Sequence record: PP989839.1
Strand: one strand, 5' to 3'
From: Escherichia phage VTCCBPA_322
Length of the DNA stretch: 64,000 nt
A program made the position numbers and the translations under genes. The notes under the pieces are model-generated. The model worked only from the letters and a program-made list of their open reading frames with translations, was not told the DNA's origin and ran no database searches. Below, piece by piece: positions 9,236 to 19,868 of this stretch (positions within the stretch are counted from its first letter, which is position 1; each line of letters starts with the position of its first letter).

Positions 9236-11533
9236 ATGAACGAAATGTTCTCGCAAGGTGGCAAAGGCTCCACTGGTATTCTTACCAATAAGCAAGCTAT
9301 TGCCCGTCATTTTGGTATTAAGCAATCCGAGGTTCTTTACTTCTCTGTTGGTGCTGTATTAGATGGTTATAAAGTCATTTATGACAAGTCCACTCAAAGG
9401 AGTTATTCCTTACCTGCTGGTATTCCATCTGGCACTACTGCTATTAGTCTAAGCACTGCTGCTGTACTTGTACACTCAGCAGGCAGTGAGGACTTAGGTA
9501 CTTTGGCTGCTACTCGTAAGGAATTTATAACTAAGCAGGAGAACTTTAATACAGGCTTTACTATTAGTACCCATAATGAGCAAGTAGTTACTCCTGGTGG
9601 GGTTTACTACTGGGCAGGGTCTTTACCTAAAGTTGTACCTCCTGGTTCCTCTATTGAGGAAACTGGTGGGGTGAATGCTACTGCATGGGTTAATTCATAC
9701 TCCAATGCTGTCTTATGTATTAAGGATTTGCTGACACATCCACAGGGTGGCACAGTTAGTGTGGTTGGTTACATTTCTGGTACGGACTTTGGTGGTGGTG
9801 ATTTTTACTGGGATGCTACTCGTCCACGTAGTAAACATAATGGTATTACAGTATTCAGTCCTACTGTTCCATTTAGTGGTTTATATACGGATATACCGAA
9901 TTTCCATGCTAAGGTTGGAGAGACTGCACCTGATGCCAATGGTTGTTGGGTGCGTAAGGACTGTGGTCGTAAAGTTCTAATGTCATGGGGTGGTGTAGAT
10001 ATTTCAGGCACTCAGCCAATGGATGCCGTAGTAACAAGTATGTGTACTTATGTGCATAATACTCGTCAGATTTTGGATGCTGATGAGAATGCTGTACTTA
10101 AGGCAGGGTTTACTACCGGTACTCAGACCAAAGATAAGCACAATGTGTTTACCCAAGCTTCTGTAATCTTAGAGGGTAAGTATGTCACCATTCGTGGTAA
10201 TGGGGCTAAGATTGATACATATCACCCTGTCCACAGAGAACGTTCTGTATTTGTTCTTCGTAATGGTGGGTATAACATTTCTGGTTTTAAATGGAATGAT
10301 GGGTACACTGACTTTAGTACTTCCCCTACGGATACCCAGCACAAACAAGGTGAATGGTGGATGGGTATTGTTGCAGATGGTGCAGTTACTTTAGTAGCTG
10401 ACCACCATGAAGTAACTGCTTCTCAGGTATTTGTACGAGCAGATGCATTTAATGCTACGGACTGGAATGAAAGAGTAACTGTACGGTATAGTAAGTTTGA
10501 CTACATTACTAACTACTGTTTCCTTAGTCGTAAGCTGAAACATTATGAGTTCAGCTACAATGAGGTTAAACACAATGGCCGTGAGTGGCATACTTATGGG
10601 GAAGCATGTGCTCCAACCACATACACCACACATACTATTATACGTAGTAATAACTTCTTCAATCAGATCGCAGAACAATCCTGTATTACTCCTGGGTCAT
10701 ACCATAAGTCCTGTCTGATTGTTAATAACCATTGTGAACGCTATCGAGGCATTTTCGTTGAGATTGGTTCTTCCAGTAATATCAGCATTCTGAATAACTA
10801 CTCTTATTCCAGTGGTGAAAGGGATAGTTCTCATATCCTACTTGTATCTGGTGGGGTAGATGACGAACCAGAGGGTGGTTTGAATAACTTGTTGATTAAC
10901 GGTAATGTGTTTGAGAGTGGACCGTATACGCTGCGGGAGTACAACACTGGTACTCCAGTTCGCAGAGGCATTACATTCTCTAATAACCACATTATTGATT
11001 GCCCTATGCCTAATATGGGTAATGCTGCTTACCACTCAATGGCATTTACCAATAACTACTGCCAGCCACCAGCAGACTTCCCGTATCTGGTATGGGCAGG
11101 TAAGAATCCAATTATTGAAGGCAATACTTTTGTTGGTGGGGTTATTCGTGCTAGAGATCTGGGTTATACCATTACTAACCCAATCATTCGTAATAACGTA
11201 TTCCGTGATGGTAGTACTGTTCAGACATTCCCTGCATTAATTGATATGACTGACTTTACCCGTTTAGTTGCTGAGGGTAACGATGTAACTAATGCTACCT
11301 TTACTCGTGTAATTGTTGATCCAGCCAACTGTACTTCGGTCGGGTTTAAACGTATTGGGCAGGCAGAGGGTTTTGAATCTAACCCAGCTACCTTGTATGG
11401 TGCTAAACTTACGGATGTAATTAATGGTGATATTGTGATGAACAATAACCCAGGTAATGCTGAAGGTGGTTACGCATGGGTATGCGTAAATTCTGGTTCT
11501 AAACAATTTGGTAAAATTGTCGTAGCTGTGTAA
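9236..11533 (+). CDS. tailspike-like protein with predicted right-handed beta-helix (possible polysaccharide depolymerase)
   Basis: 765 aa; recurring N-N/G-N-x-F/I rungs (IRSNNFFNQ, LINGNVFESG, ITFSNNHIID, IIEGNTFVGG, IRNNVFRDG, AEGNDVTNATF) typical of pectate-lyase-like beta-helices. Confidence 0.55.
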   Translation: MNEMFSQGGKGSTGILTNKQAIARHFGIKQSEVLYFSVGAVLDGYKVIYDKSTQRSYSLPAGIPSGTTAISLSTAAVLVHSAGSEDLGTLAATRKEFITKQENFNTGFTISTHNEQVVTPGGVYYWAGSLPKVVPPGSSIEETGGVNATAWVNSYSNAVLCIKDLLTHPQGGTVSVVGYISGTDFGGGDFYWDATRPRSKHNGITVFSPTVPFSGLYTDIPNFHAKVGETAPDANGCWVRKDCGRKVLMSWGGVDISGTQPMDAVVTSMCTYVHNTRQILDADENAVLKAGFTTGTQTKDKHNVFTQASVILEGKYVTIRGNGAKIDTYHPVHRERSVFVLRNGGYNISGFKWNDGYTDFSTSPTDTQHKQGEWWMGIVADGAVTLVADHHEVTASQVFVRADAFNATDWNERVTVRYSKFDYITNYCFLSRKLKHYEFSYNEVKHNGREWHTYGEACAPTTYTTHTIIRSNNFFNQIAEQSCITPGSYHKSCLIVNNHCERYRGIFVEIGSSSNISILNNYSYSSGERDSSHILLVSGGVDDEPEGGLNNLLINGNVFESGPYTLREYNTGTPVRRGITFSNNHIIDCPMPNMGNAAYHSMAFTNNYCQPPADFPYLVWAGKNPIIEGNTFVGGVIRARDLGYTITNPIIRNNVFRDGSTVQTFPALIDMTDFTRLVAEGNDVTNATFTRVIVDPANCTSVGFKRIGQAEGFESNPATLYGAKLTDVINGDIVMNNNPGNAEGGYAWVCVNSGSKQFGKIVVAV

Positions 11534-11535
11534 AC

Positions 11536-11561
11536 GAAAGCCCCCAATTAAGGGGGCTTTT
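11536..11561. terminator. bidirectional terminator hairpin AAGCCCCC-AATTAA-GGGGGCTT
   Basis: 8-bp stem between convergent genes ending at 11533 (+) and 11563 (-); T-rich flank on the + side. Confidence 0.55.
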
Positions 11562-11562
11562 C

Positions 11563-11943
11563 CTATATGGAGTTCACTGTTTGCATTACCCTGACTGACA
11601 CTGATGTTAGGGTAATTACTTGACCTGAGATATTGAACATACCCAGCTGGATACCATCTACCATAAACGGGTCTGTTGAACCGAGTGTGTAAGTAGCTAA
11701 TACATTATCTCTGTTAGCAATGTCCGTACCTTGTACCTTAACACTAGCGTCTGAACCCACTATCGTAGTTCCATTGGTTCGCCTTGTTTGTGTTCTCCAT
11801 TCCCTAGCTGTACCAGCACCTCCTGCAATAGTTCCTGAGATACGTACACTAAACATTACCTGGGTATTTCTGGTTCTAACAGGAAACTTAAGATTACCCT
11901 CTTCAATTGTTAGTGCTGCTGTACCTCCAGGAGTTTTAGTCAT
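11563..11943 (-). CDS. hypothetical protein encoded antisense to the late operon
   Basis: Track ORF 11563-12012 starts at TTG; first ATG at 11943 gives 126 aa (MTKTPGGTAALTIEEG...); rich in AGA/AGG/CGA/ATA/CTA codons unlike core genes. Confidence 0.4.
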   Translation of the reverse strand: MTKTPGGTAALTIEEGNLKFPVRTRNTQVMFSVRISGTIAGGAGTAREWRTQTRRTNGTTIVGSDASVKVQGTDIANRDNVLATYTLGSTDPFMVDGIQLGMFNISGQVITLTSVSVRVMQTVNSI

Positions 11944-12032
11944 GCCTGGTAAAGCAAAGTAATTGAACCAGGACTGGTCATTTACTGCCTGGTTCCCTGT
12001 CCACGTATACAAGTCCAGAAGGAAAGTATCTT

Positions 12033-12188
12033 CTAACTCGGTTGGGGGAAAGGTAGCAGTTCTGGTGGGATCTCTGAGATGTTATTAGCAGAAACTATTC
12101 GTTCCCCATAACTTCCCACGACCAACAATCCTCCCTTCATTTTGCATACAACATCCTTACCACTTTGGAAAATATCTTTAATAGACAT
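12033..12188 (-). CDS. small hypothetical protein
   Basis: ATG 12188 with GAGGT SD; MSIKDIFQSGKDVVCKMKGG...; upstream of the 126-aa gene on the same strand. Confidence 0.25.
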   Translation of the reverse strand: MSIKDIFQSGKDVVCKMKGGLLVVGSYGERIVSANNISEIPPELLPFPQPS

Positions 12189-12312
12189 AGTTACCTCGCA
12201 GTCGATACCAGACACTATGTCTGGATGTATTCCATCATACTAAGTATTATCTAAGAGTCATCTTATGATACGACCCTATTGGGGTTCCTAACTTTACAAC
12301 TACGGTAATATT

Positions 12313-12642
12313 ATGAATGAATCGGGTGAACTGCTTCTAGTCAGACTGGAGGAACGATTGAAGACTCTGTTTGAGAACCAGACAAGGGACAGGCAGGACC
12401 GTGAGAAACTGGAGGAAACTCTGGGAGAACTACGGGATTCAATCAATGACATAGGCAATAGACTAAAGAATGTGGAGGATAGCTTAGCTAAGAATGAACC
12501 TACTATTGAAGAGTTCATCACCATTAAGCATAAGGTCGTTGGTGCCGGAATTTTTGGTAAGTGGGTATGGGCTGGGGCAGGTGCAATTATCGGGGTACTG
12601 GCTGCTGCAAGACGGGAGATATTCGCATGGTTCGCAGGCTAA
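12313..12642 (+). CDS. lysis-cassette membrane protein (coiled-coil N-terminus, C-terminal TM helix; holin or antiholin candidate)
   Basis: 109 aa; charged heptad-like N-terminal region then VVGAGIFGKWVWAGAGAIIGVLAAA; first gene of the lysis cluster. Confidence 0.4.
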   Translation: MNESGELLLVRLEERLKTLFENQTRDRQDREKLEETLGELRDSINDIGNRLKNVEDSLAKNEPTIEEFITIKHKVVGAGIFGKWVWAGAGAIIGVLAAARREIFAWFAG

Positions 12643-12887
12643 AAAGAAAAGTAGAGTTAGTACCTAACTGGAAAAGATGCTGGAAGTGGGCATCAGTTCA
12701 AATTAGTACGTTTGGTTTAATTCTATTCTCTGCTGTAGATATCATCCAACCAATGATGACAGGATTACCTCGCCACATCCTGGATGATATTCCTCATGGT
12801 TCCAATATTGCAATCGCACTGTTTGCCTTAAACATCATAGGTAGATTAATACGATTCCGTCCAAAGGAAAATTCTCATGAAAGCTAA
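12627..12887 (+). CDS. putative holin (two TM helices)
   Basis: ATG 12627 (MVRRLKRKVEL...) after GGGAG SD; two hydrophobic helices (ISTFGLILFSAVDII, NIAIALFALNIIGRLI); rare codons; overlaps endolysin start (ATGA). Confidence 0.5.
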   Translation: MVRRLKRKVELVPNWKRCWKWASVQISTFGLILFSAVDIIQPMMTGLPRHILDDIPHGSNIAIALFALNIIGRLIRFRPKENSHES

Positions 12888-13512
12888 ACAGAAACTTGCT
12901 GCGAAAGGTGGTGCAGTGGGAGGAGTTGTCGCTGCTATTCTGGGGGCAGTGTTCTATATGGAAGGGGGTTATGTAAACAATCCTCGTGACCCAGGTGGGG
13001 AAACTAATCATGGTATTACCCAATCAGTAGCTAAGTCTCACAAAGAAGTTCTGGCTACTGAGTATGGTTGGGATGGTTCTATGAAGGGTTTATCTAAAGA
13101 GATGGCTGCTGAGATATACATTGATGACTACGTACTTAAGCCTAACTTCGTAGCCTTCGCTGATATATCTCCTGCTGTAACACATAAGCTGGTAGATGCT
13201 GGTGTTAATACTGGTGTGACTCGCCCGGCTAAGTGGTTACAGTTATCCCTTAATGAAATGTCCCGTGATGGCAAAGACTACCCTAAAATACAGGTTGATG
13301 GTAAAGTCGGTGTAAGTACTGTTAATGCATATAAAGCATTACAGAAAAAACGAGGCAAAGTTGCAGCATGTCAAGTAATGATTAAGCTGCTTGATGCTAA
13401 ACAACTGAACCACTATACCTCATTAAACATGCCAGACTTTACGTATGGTTGGGTAGCTAACCGAATTGGCAATGTGCCACTGGAGGCATGTAATGAAGAC
13501 GCTAATCTCTAA
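12877..13512 (+). CDS. endolysin, GH108-type N-acetylmuramidase with C-terminal peptidoglycan-binding region; possible SAR N-terminus
   Basis: MEGGYVNNPRDPGGETNHGIT matches the GH108 catalytic signature (EGGY...DPGG.T..GIT); preceded by Gly/Ala-rich weakly hydrophobic KGGAVGGVVAAILGAVFY. Confidence 0.75.
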   Translation: MKAKQKLAAKGGAVGGVVAAILGAVFYMEGGYVNNPRDPGGETNHGITQSVAKSHKEVLATEYGWDGSMKGLSKEMAAEIYIDDYVLKPNFVAFADISPAVTHKLVDAGVNTGVTRPAKWLQLSLNEMSRDGKDYPKIQVDGKVGVSTVNAYKALQKKRGKVAACQVMIKLLDAKQLNHYTSLNMPDFTYGWVANRIGNVPLEACNEDANL

Positions 13513-13999
13513 AGGTTGGCCTTATCTTCTGGTGGTGGTCCTTGGGGCCACCATTTACTTTTGGGGCAATTCCAATGGACAGTCTACTGTTCAAAAGAAA
13601 TGGGATGCCCAAAAGGTTGAAGACCAAAAGGCAACACAAAAATTACAGGACAAATACAATGCTCTCCAAAGAAACCATAGTTATGAAGTCGGGTTACTCA
13701 CTTCCCGGTTGCAGACGGCTGAGAGTAATTACGCAAGCGAGCTTGCTCGCGTTAGCAGTGATTACGACAGCCGGATGCAACAGTCTGAAAGGCGAGCATC
13801 GGTATATAAACGTCAAGCCGAAGCCGGAACCCTTGAGTGCAGAAGTCTTGCAAGCCATGCAGCCAGACTCGACAATAGTCTTGAAGAAGGCAGACGTTTG
13901 GTTGAAGAACTCCGGGCAACTGTTAGACTCCGTGACAACCAACTAATTGAGTTGGGTAAACAAATTCAGGCTGACCGTAAACTTTTTGAACAGGAATAA
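13493..13999 (+). CDS. i-spanin (Rz-like)
   Basis: ATG 13493 overlaps endolysin stop; N-terminal TM ([16 protein letters not shown]) then long charged helical region ([26 protein letters not shown]...). Confidence 0.6.
   Translation: MKTLISKGWPYLLVVVLGATIYFWGNSNGQSTVQKKWDAQKVEDQKATQKLQDKYNALQRNHSYEVGLLTSRLQTAESNYASELARVSSDYDSRMQQSERRASVYKRQAEAGTLECRSLASHAARLDNSLEEGRRLVEELRATVRLRDNQLIELGKQIQADRKLFEQE
13683..13946 (+). CDS. o-spanin (Rz1-like lipoprotein) embedded in Rz in a different frame
   Basis: ATG 13683; signal-like [32 protein letters not shown] with lipobox-like TAGC; Pro-rich mature part (KPKPEP); wholly inside the Rz ORF. Confidence 0.5.
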   Translation: MKSGYSLPGCRRLRVITQASLLALAVITTAGCNSLKGEHRYINVKPKPEPLSAEVLQAMQPDSTIVLKKADVWLKNSGQLLDSVTTN

Positions 14000-14001
14000 C
14001 T

Positions 14002-16272
14002 ATGGAACACCAAGACACTTTTAAGCCTTTACCAGACCCGGCTCAATCAGAGAAGTTAACGGACTGGAAGAAGGAACCAAGTATCCAATTACTGAAAGGT
14101 GATCTGGAATCTGCTAAACCTGCTCACGATGCAATCATGGCACAAATTCGTGAGTGGAATGACTTAATGGAAGTCAAGGGTAAGGCTAAACCCCCAAAGG
14201 TAAAAGGGCGTTCACAGGTCCAACCTAGACTGGTTCGCCGTCAGGCAGAGTGGCGTTATGCTCCATTGTCTGAACCATTCCTTTCTTCTAATAAACTCTT
14301 TAAAGTAACCCCAGTTACTTTTGAAGATGAGTTAGCTGCTCGTCAGAATGAACTAGTTCTTAACTACCAATTCCGTACTCAGCTTAATAAAGTAAAATTG
14401 GTAGATGATTATGTGCATAGTGTCGTAGATGACGGTACTGGTATTGCTCGTATCGGTTGGGAACGTAAGACTGTTAAGATTAAGACAGAAACCCCAGTCT
14501 TCCAGTTGTATCCAATTGAGAACCAGGAACAAGCAGATGTTCTTCAACAGGCTTTGCAGCTTCAGGCAGAGAATCCCCGTGAGTATGACGAAACAATGCC
14601 GGAAGATATCAAGGAAGCTGTTAACTACTTCAACGAAACTGGAGAAGCTACTTATGCAATCCAGACTGGAGTTACTGAAGTAGAGGTAGAGAAAGCACTG
14701 GTTAACAGACCTACTGTTGAAATGCTTAATCCAAATAACGTAGTTATCGACCCAAGCTGTAATGGTGACTTAGATAAGGCTCTTTATGCAGTTATCTCCT
14801 TTGAGACTTGCAAAGCAGACCTTATGAAAAACAAAGACCGTTATCACAACCTGGATAAAATTGACTGGGAAAGTTCCAGCCCCATTACTGACCCAGACCA
14901 TGAAAGTAAAACCCCTAGCGATTTCCAGTTTAAGGATGCACTTCGTAAGAAGGTAGTTGCTTATGAGTACTGGGGATTCTACGACATCAATGATGATGGT
15001 TCATTGGAACCAATTGTTGCTACATGGATTGGCTCTACTCTTATTCGTATGGAGAAGAACCCATTCCCTGATGGCAAGTTACCATTGGTAGTTGTTCCTT
15101 ACATGCCACGTAAACGTGAACTCTATGGTGAAGCTGATGCTGAATTGTTAGGCGACAACCAGGCAATTCTTGGTGCAACTATACGTGGGATGATTGACCT
15201 GTTGGGTCGAAGTGCAAATGGTCAACGTGGTTATCCTAAAGGGATGTTAGATACCCTGAACCGTCGTCGATATGATGATGGGCAAGACTATGAATATAAC
15301 CCAATGCAAGGTAATCCCAGTCAGTCCATTATGGAACATAAGTTCCCTGAGTTGCCTCAGTCTGCAATAGTAATGACTCAGATGCAAAACCAGGAAGCAG
15401 AAGCATTAACAGGTGTTAAGGCATTTTCTGGTGGTGTAACTGGTTCAGCTTACGGTGATGTTGCTGCCGGTATTCGTGGTGCACTCGATGCAGCATCCAA
15501 ACGTGAGATGGCAATCCTACGTCGATTAGCTAAAGGCATGGCAGACATTGGTACTAAGATTTGTGCAATGAATGCTGTGTTCTTATCTGAGAAAGAAGTA
15601 GTACGTATTACTAATGAACAGTACGTGGAAATTAACCGTGAAGACCTTAAAGGTAACTTCGACATTGAGGTTGATATTAATACTGCTGAAATTGATAACC
15701 AGAAATCCCAGGACTTGAGCTTCATGGTTCAAACATTAGGTAATACAGTTGACCAGACTATTACGTTATCTCTTGTAGCAAAAATTGCAGAACTTAAACG
15801 TATGCCTGACCTTGCACATGAGTTACGTACCTGGCAACCACAACCAGACCCTATGGAAGAACAGCTTAAGCAATTGGCAATTCAGAAAGCACAGCTTGAG
15901 AATGAAGAGTTGCAAAGTAAAATTGCACTCAATATGGCTAAGGCTAAAGAGGCTGCTTCTAGCGGTGACCTTAAAGACCTGGATTATCTGGAGCAGGAAT
16001 CTGGTACTAAACATGCTCGTGATATGGAGAAACAAAAAGCACAATCCCAAGGAAACCAGAACCTTCAGATAACTAAGGCGTTGACAACACCTACTAAAGA
16101 AGGTGAAACTACCCCCAACATATCTGCTGCTGTTGGATATAACGCTTTGACTAACGGGAACTCTATACCAGAACGTGACTTAGCTGCACAACAAGACCCA
16201 GCTTATTCACTTAGTTCCCAATTTTATGACCCTAGCCAAGACCCAGCATCGGCTCTTGGCATGAACTTGTAA
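14002..16272 (+). CDS. portal protein
   Basis: 756 aa between lysis cassette and capsid genes; size and position match N4-type portal; GGAA SD before ATG 14002. No motif verified. Confidence 0.55.
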   Translation: MEHQDTFKPLPDPAQSEKLTDWKKEPSIQLLKGDLESAKPAHDAIMAQIREWNDLMEVKGKAKPPKVKGRSQVQPRLVRRQAEWRYAPLSEPFLSSNKLFKVTPVTFEDELAARQNELVLNYQFRTQLNKVKLVDDYVHSVVDDGTGIARIGWERKTVKIKTETPVFQLYPIENQEQADVLQQALQLQAENPREYDETMPEDIKEAVNYFNETGEATYAIQTGVTEVEVEKALVNRPTVEMLNPNNVVIDPSCNGDLDKALYAVISFETCKADLMKNKDRYHNLDKIDWESSSPITDPDHESKTPSDFQFKDALRKKVVAYEYWGFYDINDDGSLEPIVATWIGSTLIRMEKNPFPDGKLPLVVVPYMPRKRELYGEADAELLGDNQAILGATIRGMIDLLGRSANGQRGYPKGMLDTLNRRRYDDGQDYEYNPMQGNPSQSIMEHKFPELPQSAIVMTQMQNQEAEALTGVKAFSGGVTGSAYGDVAAGIRGALDAASKREMAILRRLAKGMADIGTKICAMNAVFLSEKEVVRITNEQYVEINREDLKGNFDIEVDINTAEIDNQKSQDLSFMVQTLGNTVDQTITLSLVAKIAELKRMPDLAHELRTWQPQPDPMEEQLKQLAIQKAQLENEELQSKIALNMAKAKEAASSGDLKDLDYLEQESGTKHARDMEKQKAQSQGNQNLQITKALTTPTKEGETTPNISAAVGYNALTNGNSIPERDLAAQQDPAYSLSSQFYDPSQDPASALGMNL

Positions 16273-16285
16273 GGCAGACCTTCAC

Positions 16286-16630
16286 ATGAGTAAAGAATCA
16301 ACAATCGCTGGACTGGAACATCGACTGGAAGCTGCTAAAGGTGCAGTTGCACATGCAGAAGATGTACGTAAACTTCTGGAGAATCCACTGTTCCGTAAAG
16401 TAATTCTTCGCCAGTTCTGTGTGGAAGATTGTGCACGTTACGTGCAGGAGTCTGGTGACCCACTGCTTGAACCTAATAACCGTGCAGATGCACTGAATAT
16501 GGCTCAAGCTGCTGGTCACTTACGTCGTTGGCTCGACCTCGCCATTCGTATGGGCGAAAACGAAGCTGATGTTATTCTTCAGGTAGAAGAAGAACTCGAT
16601 GCAGTTCGTGCTGAACCTGAAGACGAATAA
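16286..16630 (+). CDS. hypothetical head-module protein
   Basis: 114 aa between portal and scaffold-like gene. Confidence 0.4.
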   Translation: MSKESTIAGLEHRLEAAKGAVAHAEDVRKLLENPLFRKVILRQFCVEDCARYVQESGDPLLEPNNRADALNMAQAAGHLRRWLDLAIRMGENEADVILQVEEELDAVRAEPEDE

Positions 16631-16649
16631 TTAACCGGAGATATTTCCT

Positions 16650-17870
16650 ATGACTACGGAAGCTGCAACCACAGCTTCCGACATTCTCGCAATGTCGGAT
16701 GATGAGATTCTGAATATGGAAGCCCCAGCAGTTATTGCTGAGGAAGATACTTCCACTCAGAACAACCCTGAAACCAACGGCGTACAGACTCCTGATGAAG
16801 AAGTTGATCCCTCTGCTGTTGAAGACCTACCAACCGAAGAAACCTCCCCTGAAACCGAACCAGTTGAAGAAGATGCAGCAAATTCTTTAACTTCTGATAA
16901 AGTTGATGATAAAGTTGTTGACACAGAAGTTGATAGTAACGGTAAGCCGATTACTAAAGCTGAACCTTCTACTACTGAACCAGGCCAGGAACAGAAAGAA
17001 GAAGGCAAACAGTCTGAAGGTCTGCCTGCTGACTTCAACTATAAGGAAGGTTACGAGAAGTTGATGGCTCCTTTTAAAGCTAACGGCAAAATGATTACTC
17101 CCCGTTCACCGGAGGAGGCCATTAGCCTGATGCAGATGGGTGCTAACTATACTCGCAAGATGCAAGAACTTCAGCCGTACCGTAAGGTAATGCTGATGCT
17201 ACAGAACAACGGTTTAATGGATGAGGAAAAACTTTCTTTCCTGATTGACCTGGATAAGAAGAATCCTGAAGCCATTAAGAAGTTGCTCAAAGACTCTGGT
17301 ACAGACCCTCTGGACTTTAATCCAGATGAGGAAATTAACTACCAGGGTGGCAATTACCGTGTTACCGACACCGAAGCAGATTTTGCAACCGAAATTGACG
17401 ACTTAAAGTCTACTCAAGAAGGACAAGCTACATTAGGTGTTATTGGCTCGACATGGGATGCTGCCAGTAAAGATGCTCTTTATCAGAATCGTGGCTTACT
17501 CCACACTATTCACGAACAACGTGAGAATGGTATTTATGACACCATTGCTAACGAAGTGAATCGTCTTCAGATGTTAGGCCAGATTCCGGTAGGTACTCCG
17601 TTTATTCAGGCTTATAACTACGTTGGTAATCTCCTTGCACAACAGGGAGCATTTAACCAAGTAGCTAAGCCTGAACCGGTACAAGCAGTTAAACCAGCGG
17701 TTCAGCCGGTAGTGCGTGTAGCACAGCCTAAGCAGACTCTGGCTAACAGTGAGCAAGCTAAAGCAGCTTCCCTTAATCGGGCTGCTACACGCAAAGCAAC
17801 ACCTATTGTAAACCCACTCGCCATGAGTGATGAAGATTTCGCTAAACTCCCAGTACCGGGTAGTCTTTAA
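16650..17870 (+). CDS. putative scaffolding-like protein (acidic N-terminal region)
   Basis: 406 aa; N-terminal third very rich in E/D/P/T; immediately upstream of the major capsid gene. Confidence 0.4.
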   Translation: MTTEAATTASDILAMSDDEILNMEAPAVIAEEDTSTQNNPETNGVQTPDEEVDPSAVEDLPTEETSPETEPVEEDAANSLTSDKVDDKVVDTEVDSNGKPITKAEPSTTEPGQEQKEEGKQSEGLPADFNYKEGYEKLMAPFKANGKMITPRSPEEAISLMQMGANYTRKMQELQPYRKVMLMLQNNGLMDEEKLSFLIDLDKKNPEAIKKLLKDSGTDPLDFNPDEEINYQGGNYRVTDTEADFATEIDDLKSTQEGQATLGVIGSTWDAASKDALYQNRGLLHTIHEQRENGIYDTIANEVNRLQMLGQIPVGTPFIQAYNYVGNLLAQQGAFNQVAKPEPVQAVKPAVQPVVRVAQPKQTLANSEQAKAASLNRAATRKATPIVNPLAMSDEDFAKLPVPGSL

Positions 17871-17886
17871 ACAGGAATAATACGAT

Positions 17887-19089
17887 ATGTTAAACTATAA
17901 CGCTCCAATTGACGGTCAGAAATCTAGCATTGATGGTGCTGGTTCCGACCAGATGAATACCTTTTACTGGCTGAAGAAAGCTATTATTCAGTCTCGTAAA
18001 GACCAGTACTTCATGCCACTGGCTAACACCATTAACATGCCGAAGAACTACGGTAAGACTGTTAAGGTGTATGAGTACGTTCCTCTGCTCGATGACAAGA
18101 ACATTAACGATCAGGGTATTGATGCTAACGGTGCTACCATTGTTAACGGTAACCTGTATGGTTCTTCTAAAGACGTAGGTAACATCACCTCTAAACTGCC
18201 TCTTCTGACAGAGAACGGTGGTCGTGTTAACCGTGTAGGATTTACTCGTCTGTCCCGTGAAGGCTCCATCCATAAATTTGGTTTCTTCTACGAATTTACC
18301 CAAGAGTCCCTGGACTTTGATTCTGATGACCAGCTGAAAGAACACCTGTCTCGTGAACTGATGAACGGTGCTGTACAGCTGACCGAAGCTGTTCTCCAGA
18401 AAGACTTGTTGGCTGCTGCTGGTACTGTACTGTATGCAGGTGCTGCTACCTCCGATGCTACCATCACTGGTGAAGGTTCTACTCCGTCTGTAGTTTCTTA
18501 TAAGAACCTGATGCGTCTTGACCAGATTCTTACTGAGAACCGTACTCCGACTCAGACCACTATTATCACTGGTTCTAAACTGACTGATACCAAAGTATTG
18601 GGTGGTACTCGTGTAATGTACGTTGGTTCTGAACTGGTTCCAGAACTGAAAGCGATGAAAGACCTGTTCGGTAATAAAGCATTCATCGAAATTCAGCACT
18701 ATGCTGATGCTGGTACACTGATGAATGGTGAAATCGGTTGTATTGATAAGTTCCGTATTATCCAGGTTCCTGAGATGCTGCATTGGGCAGGTGCTGGTGC
18801 TCAAGTTTCTTCTAACCCGGGTTACCGTACTTCTATGGTATCAGGTCAGGAACACTATGATGTGTTCCCGATGCTGGTAGTTGGTGATGACTCCTTCTCT
18901 ACCATTGGATTCCAGACTGATGGTAAGTCTGTTAAGTTCTCCATCATGACTAAGATGCCTGGTAAAGAAACTGCTGACCGTAATGATCCGTATGGCGAGA
19001 CTGGCTTCAGTTCTATCAAGTGGTACTACGGTATCCTGGTTAAACGTCCAGAACGTCTGGCTCTGATTAAGACTGTTGCTCCTCTGTAA
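17887..19089 (+). CDS. major capsid protein
   Basis: 400 aa; AGGAA SD; strongly biased codon usage (CGT, GGT, CTG, AAC) suggesting high expression; position after portal/scaffold; followed by hairpin. Confidence 0.65.
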   Translation: MLNYNAPIDGQKSSIDGAGSDQMNTFYWLKKAIIQSRKDQYFMPLANTINMPKNYGKTVKVYEYVPLLDDKNINDQGIDANGATIVNGNLYGSSKDVGNITSKLPLLTENGGRVNRVGFTRLSREGSIHKFGFFYEFTQESLDFDSDDQLKEHLSRELMNGAVQLTEAVLQKDLLAAAGTVLYAGAATSDATITGEGSTPSVVSYKNLMRLDQILTENRTPTQTTIITGSKLTDTKVLGGTRVMYVGSELVPELKAMKDLFGNKAFIEIQHYADAGTLMNGEIGCIDKFRIIQVPEMLHWAGAGAQVSSNPGYRTSMVSGQEHYDVFPMLVVGDDSFSTIGFQTDGKSVKFSIMTKMPGKETADRNDPYGETGFSSIKWYYGILVKRPERLALIKTVAPL

Positions 19090-19106
19090 TAGTCCGAAAT
19101 AAAACA

Positions 19107-19126
19107 AGGGGGACATTAGTCCCCCT
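19107..19126. terminator. hairpin AGGGGGAC-ATTA-GTCCCCCT downstream of capsid gene
   Basis: 8-bp GC stem; A-tract upstream and no T-run downstream on + strand, so the T-run is on the - strand side. Confidence 0.35.
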
Positions 19127-19156
19127 CTTAATAAAACTGAATGAACCACAGGAAAT

Positions 19157-19798
19157 ATGAACATGAGCATTAACGATAAACCGACCACTGACGTAGAAGT
19201 GAACGTACAGGGCAACGAAGATACCGTTAACGATATTGCAATGCCTAGCGAACTTGAAGTTCTTAAGCAACGTGCAACGTTGATGAATATCAAGTTCTCT
19301 AACAACATCTCCGTTGAAAAACTTCGTGAGAAAATTGAAGCAGCACAAGTAAAAGATGAACCAGTAGTAGAAGAAGCTGCTGTTAATCCTCTGGGTGAAA
19401 AACAGGAAGCTGGCGTTAAGAAGATGACTCTGGGTCAGAAGATTCGTGCAGAACAGACTCGACTGATTCGTGTACGTATCCAGAACCTTGACCCTAAGAA
19501 GAAAGACCTGCCTGGTGAGATTATCACCGTAGCTAACGAATATATGGGTACTGTACGTAAGTTTGTTCCATTCGGTGAAGTAACTGACAATGGTTATCAC
19601 ATTCCGTACTGTATCTACGAGTTCCTTAAAGAGCGTAAGTTCATCAACATTACAACCCGTAAGGGTAAGAATGGCTTACCGGATATTCGTGCAACTGAAG
19701 CACGAGAGTTCTCCATTGAGGTACTGCCTCCGTTGACTGAAGCAGAATTGGCTCAACTGGCTCAGGCACAGATTGCTGCTGGTAGCCTGAACGATTAA
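19157..19798 (+). CDS. virion structural protein (highly expressed)
   Basis: 213 aa; same strong codon bias as capsid gene; second in-frame ATG at 19163 has better SD spacing. Confidence 0.45.
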   Translation: MNMSINDKPTTDVEVNVQGNEDTVNDIAMPSELEVLKQRATLMNIKFSNNISVEKLREKIEAAQVKDEPVVEEAAVNPLGEKQEAGVKKMTLGQKIRAEQTRLIRVRIQNLDPKKKDLPGEIITVANEYMGTVRKFVPFGEVTDNGYHIPYCIYEFLKERKFINITTRKGKNGLPDIRATEAREFSIEVLPPLTEAELAQLAQAQIAAGSLND

Positions 19799-19868
19799 CG
19801 TATAAGCTACAGTTCAACACGGCTCACTGGGGTAACTCCGTGGGCCGTTTCTTTTTGAACCAAGAGGA

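Noticed and set aside
12561-12626. N-terminal extension of the holin ORF as listed in the track
   Set aside because: Track start is a non-ATG codon inside the upstream gene; the ATG at 12627 with a GGGAG SD is the more plausible start.
17890-18804. 304-aa ORF on the - strand inside the major capsid gene
   Set aside because: Fully antisense to a strongly codon-biased, clearly coding + strand gene; low-complexity translation, no SD; a typical shadow ORF.
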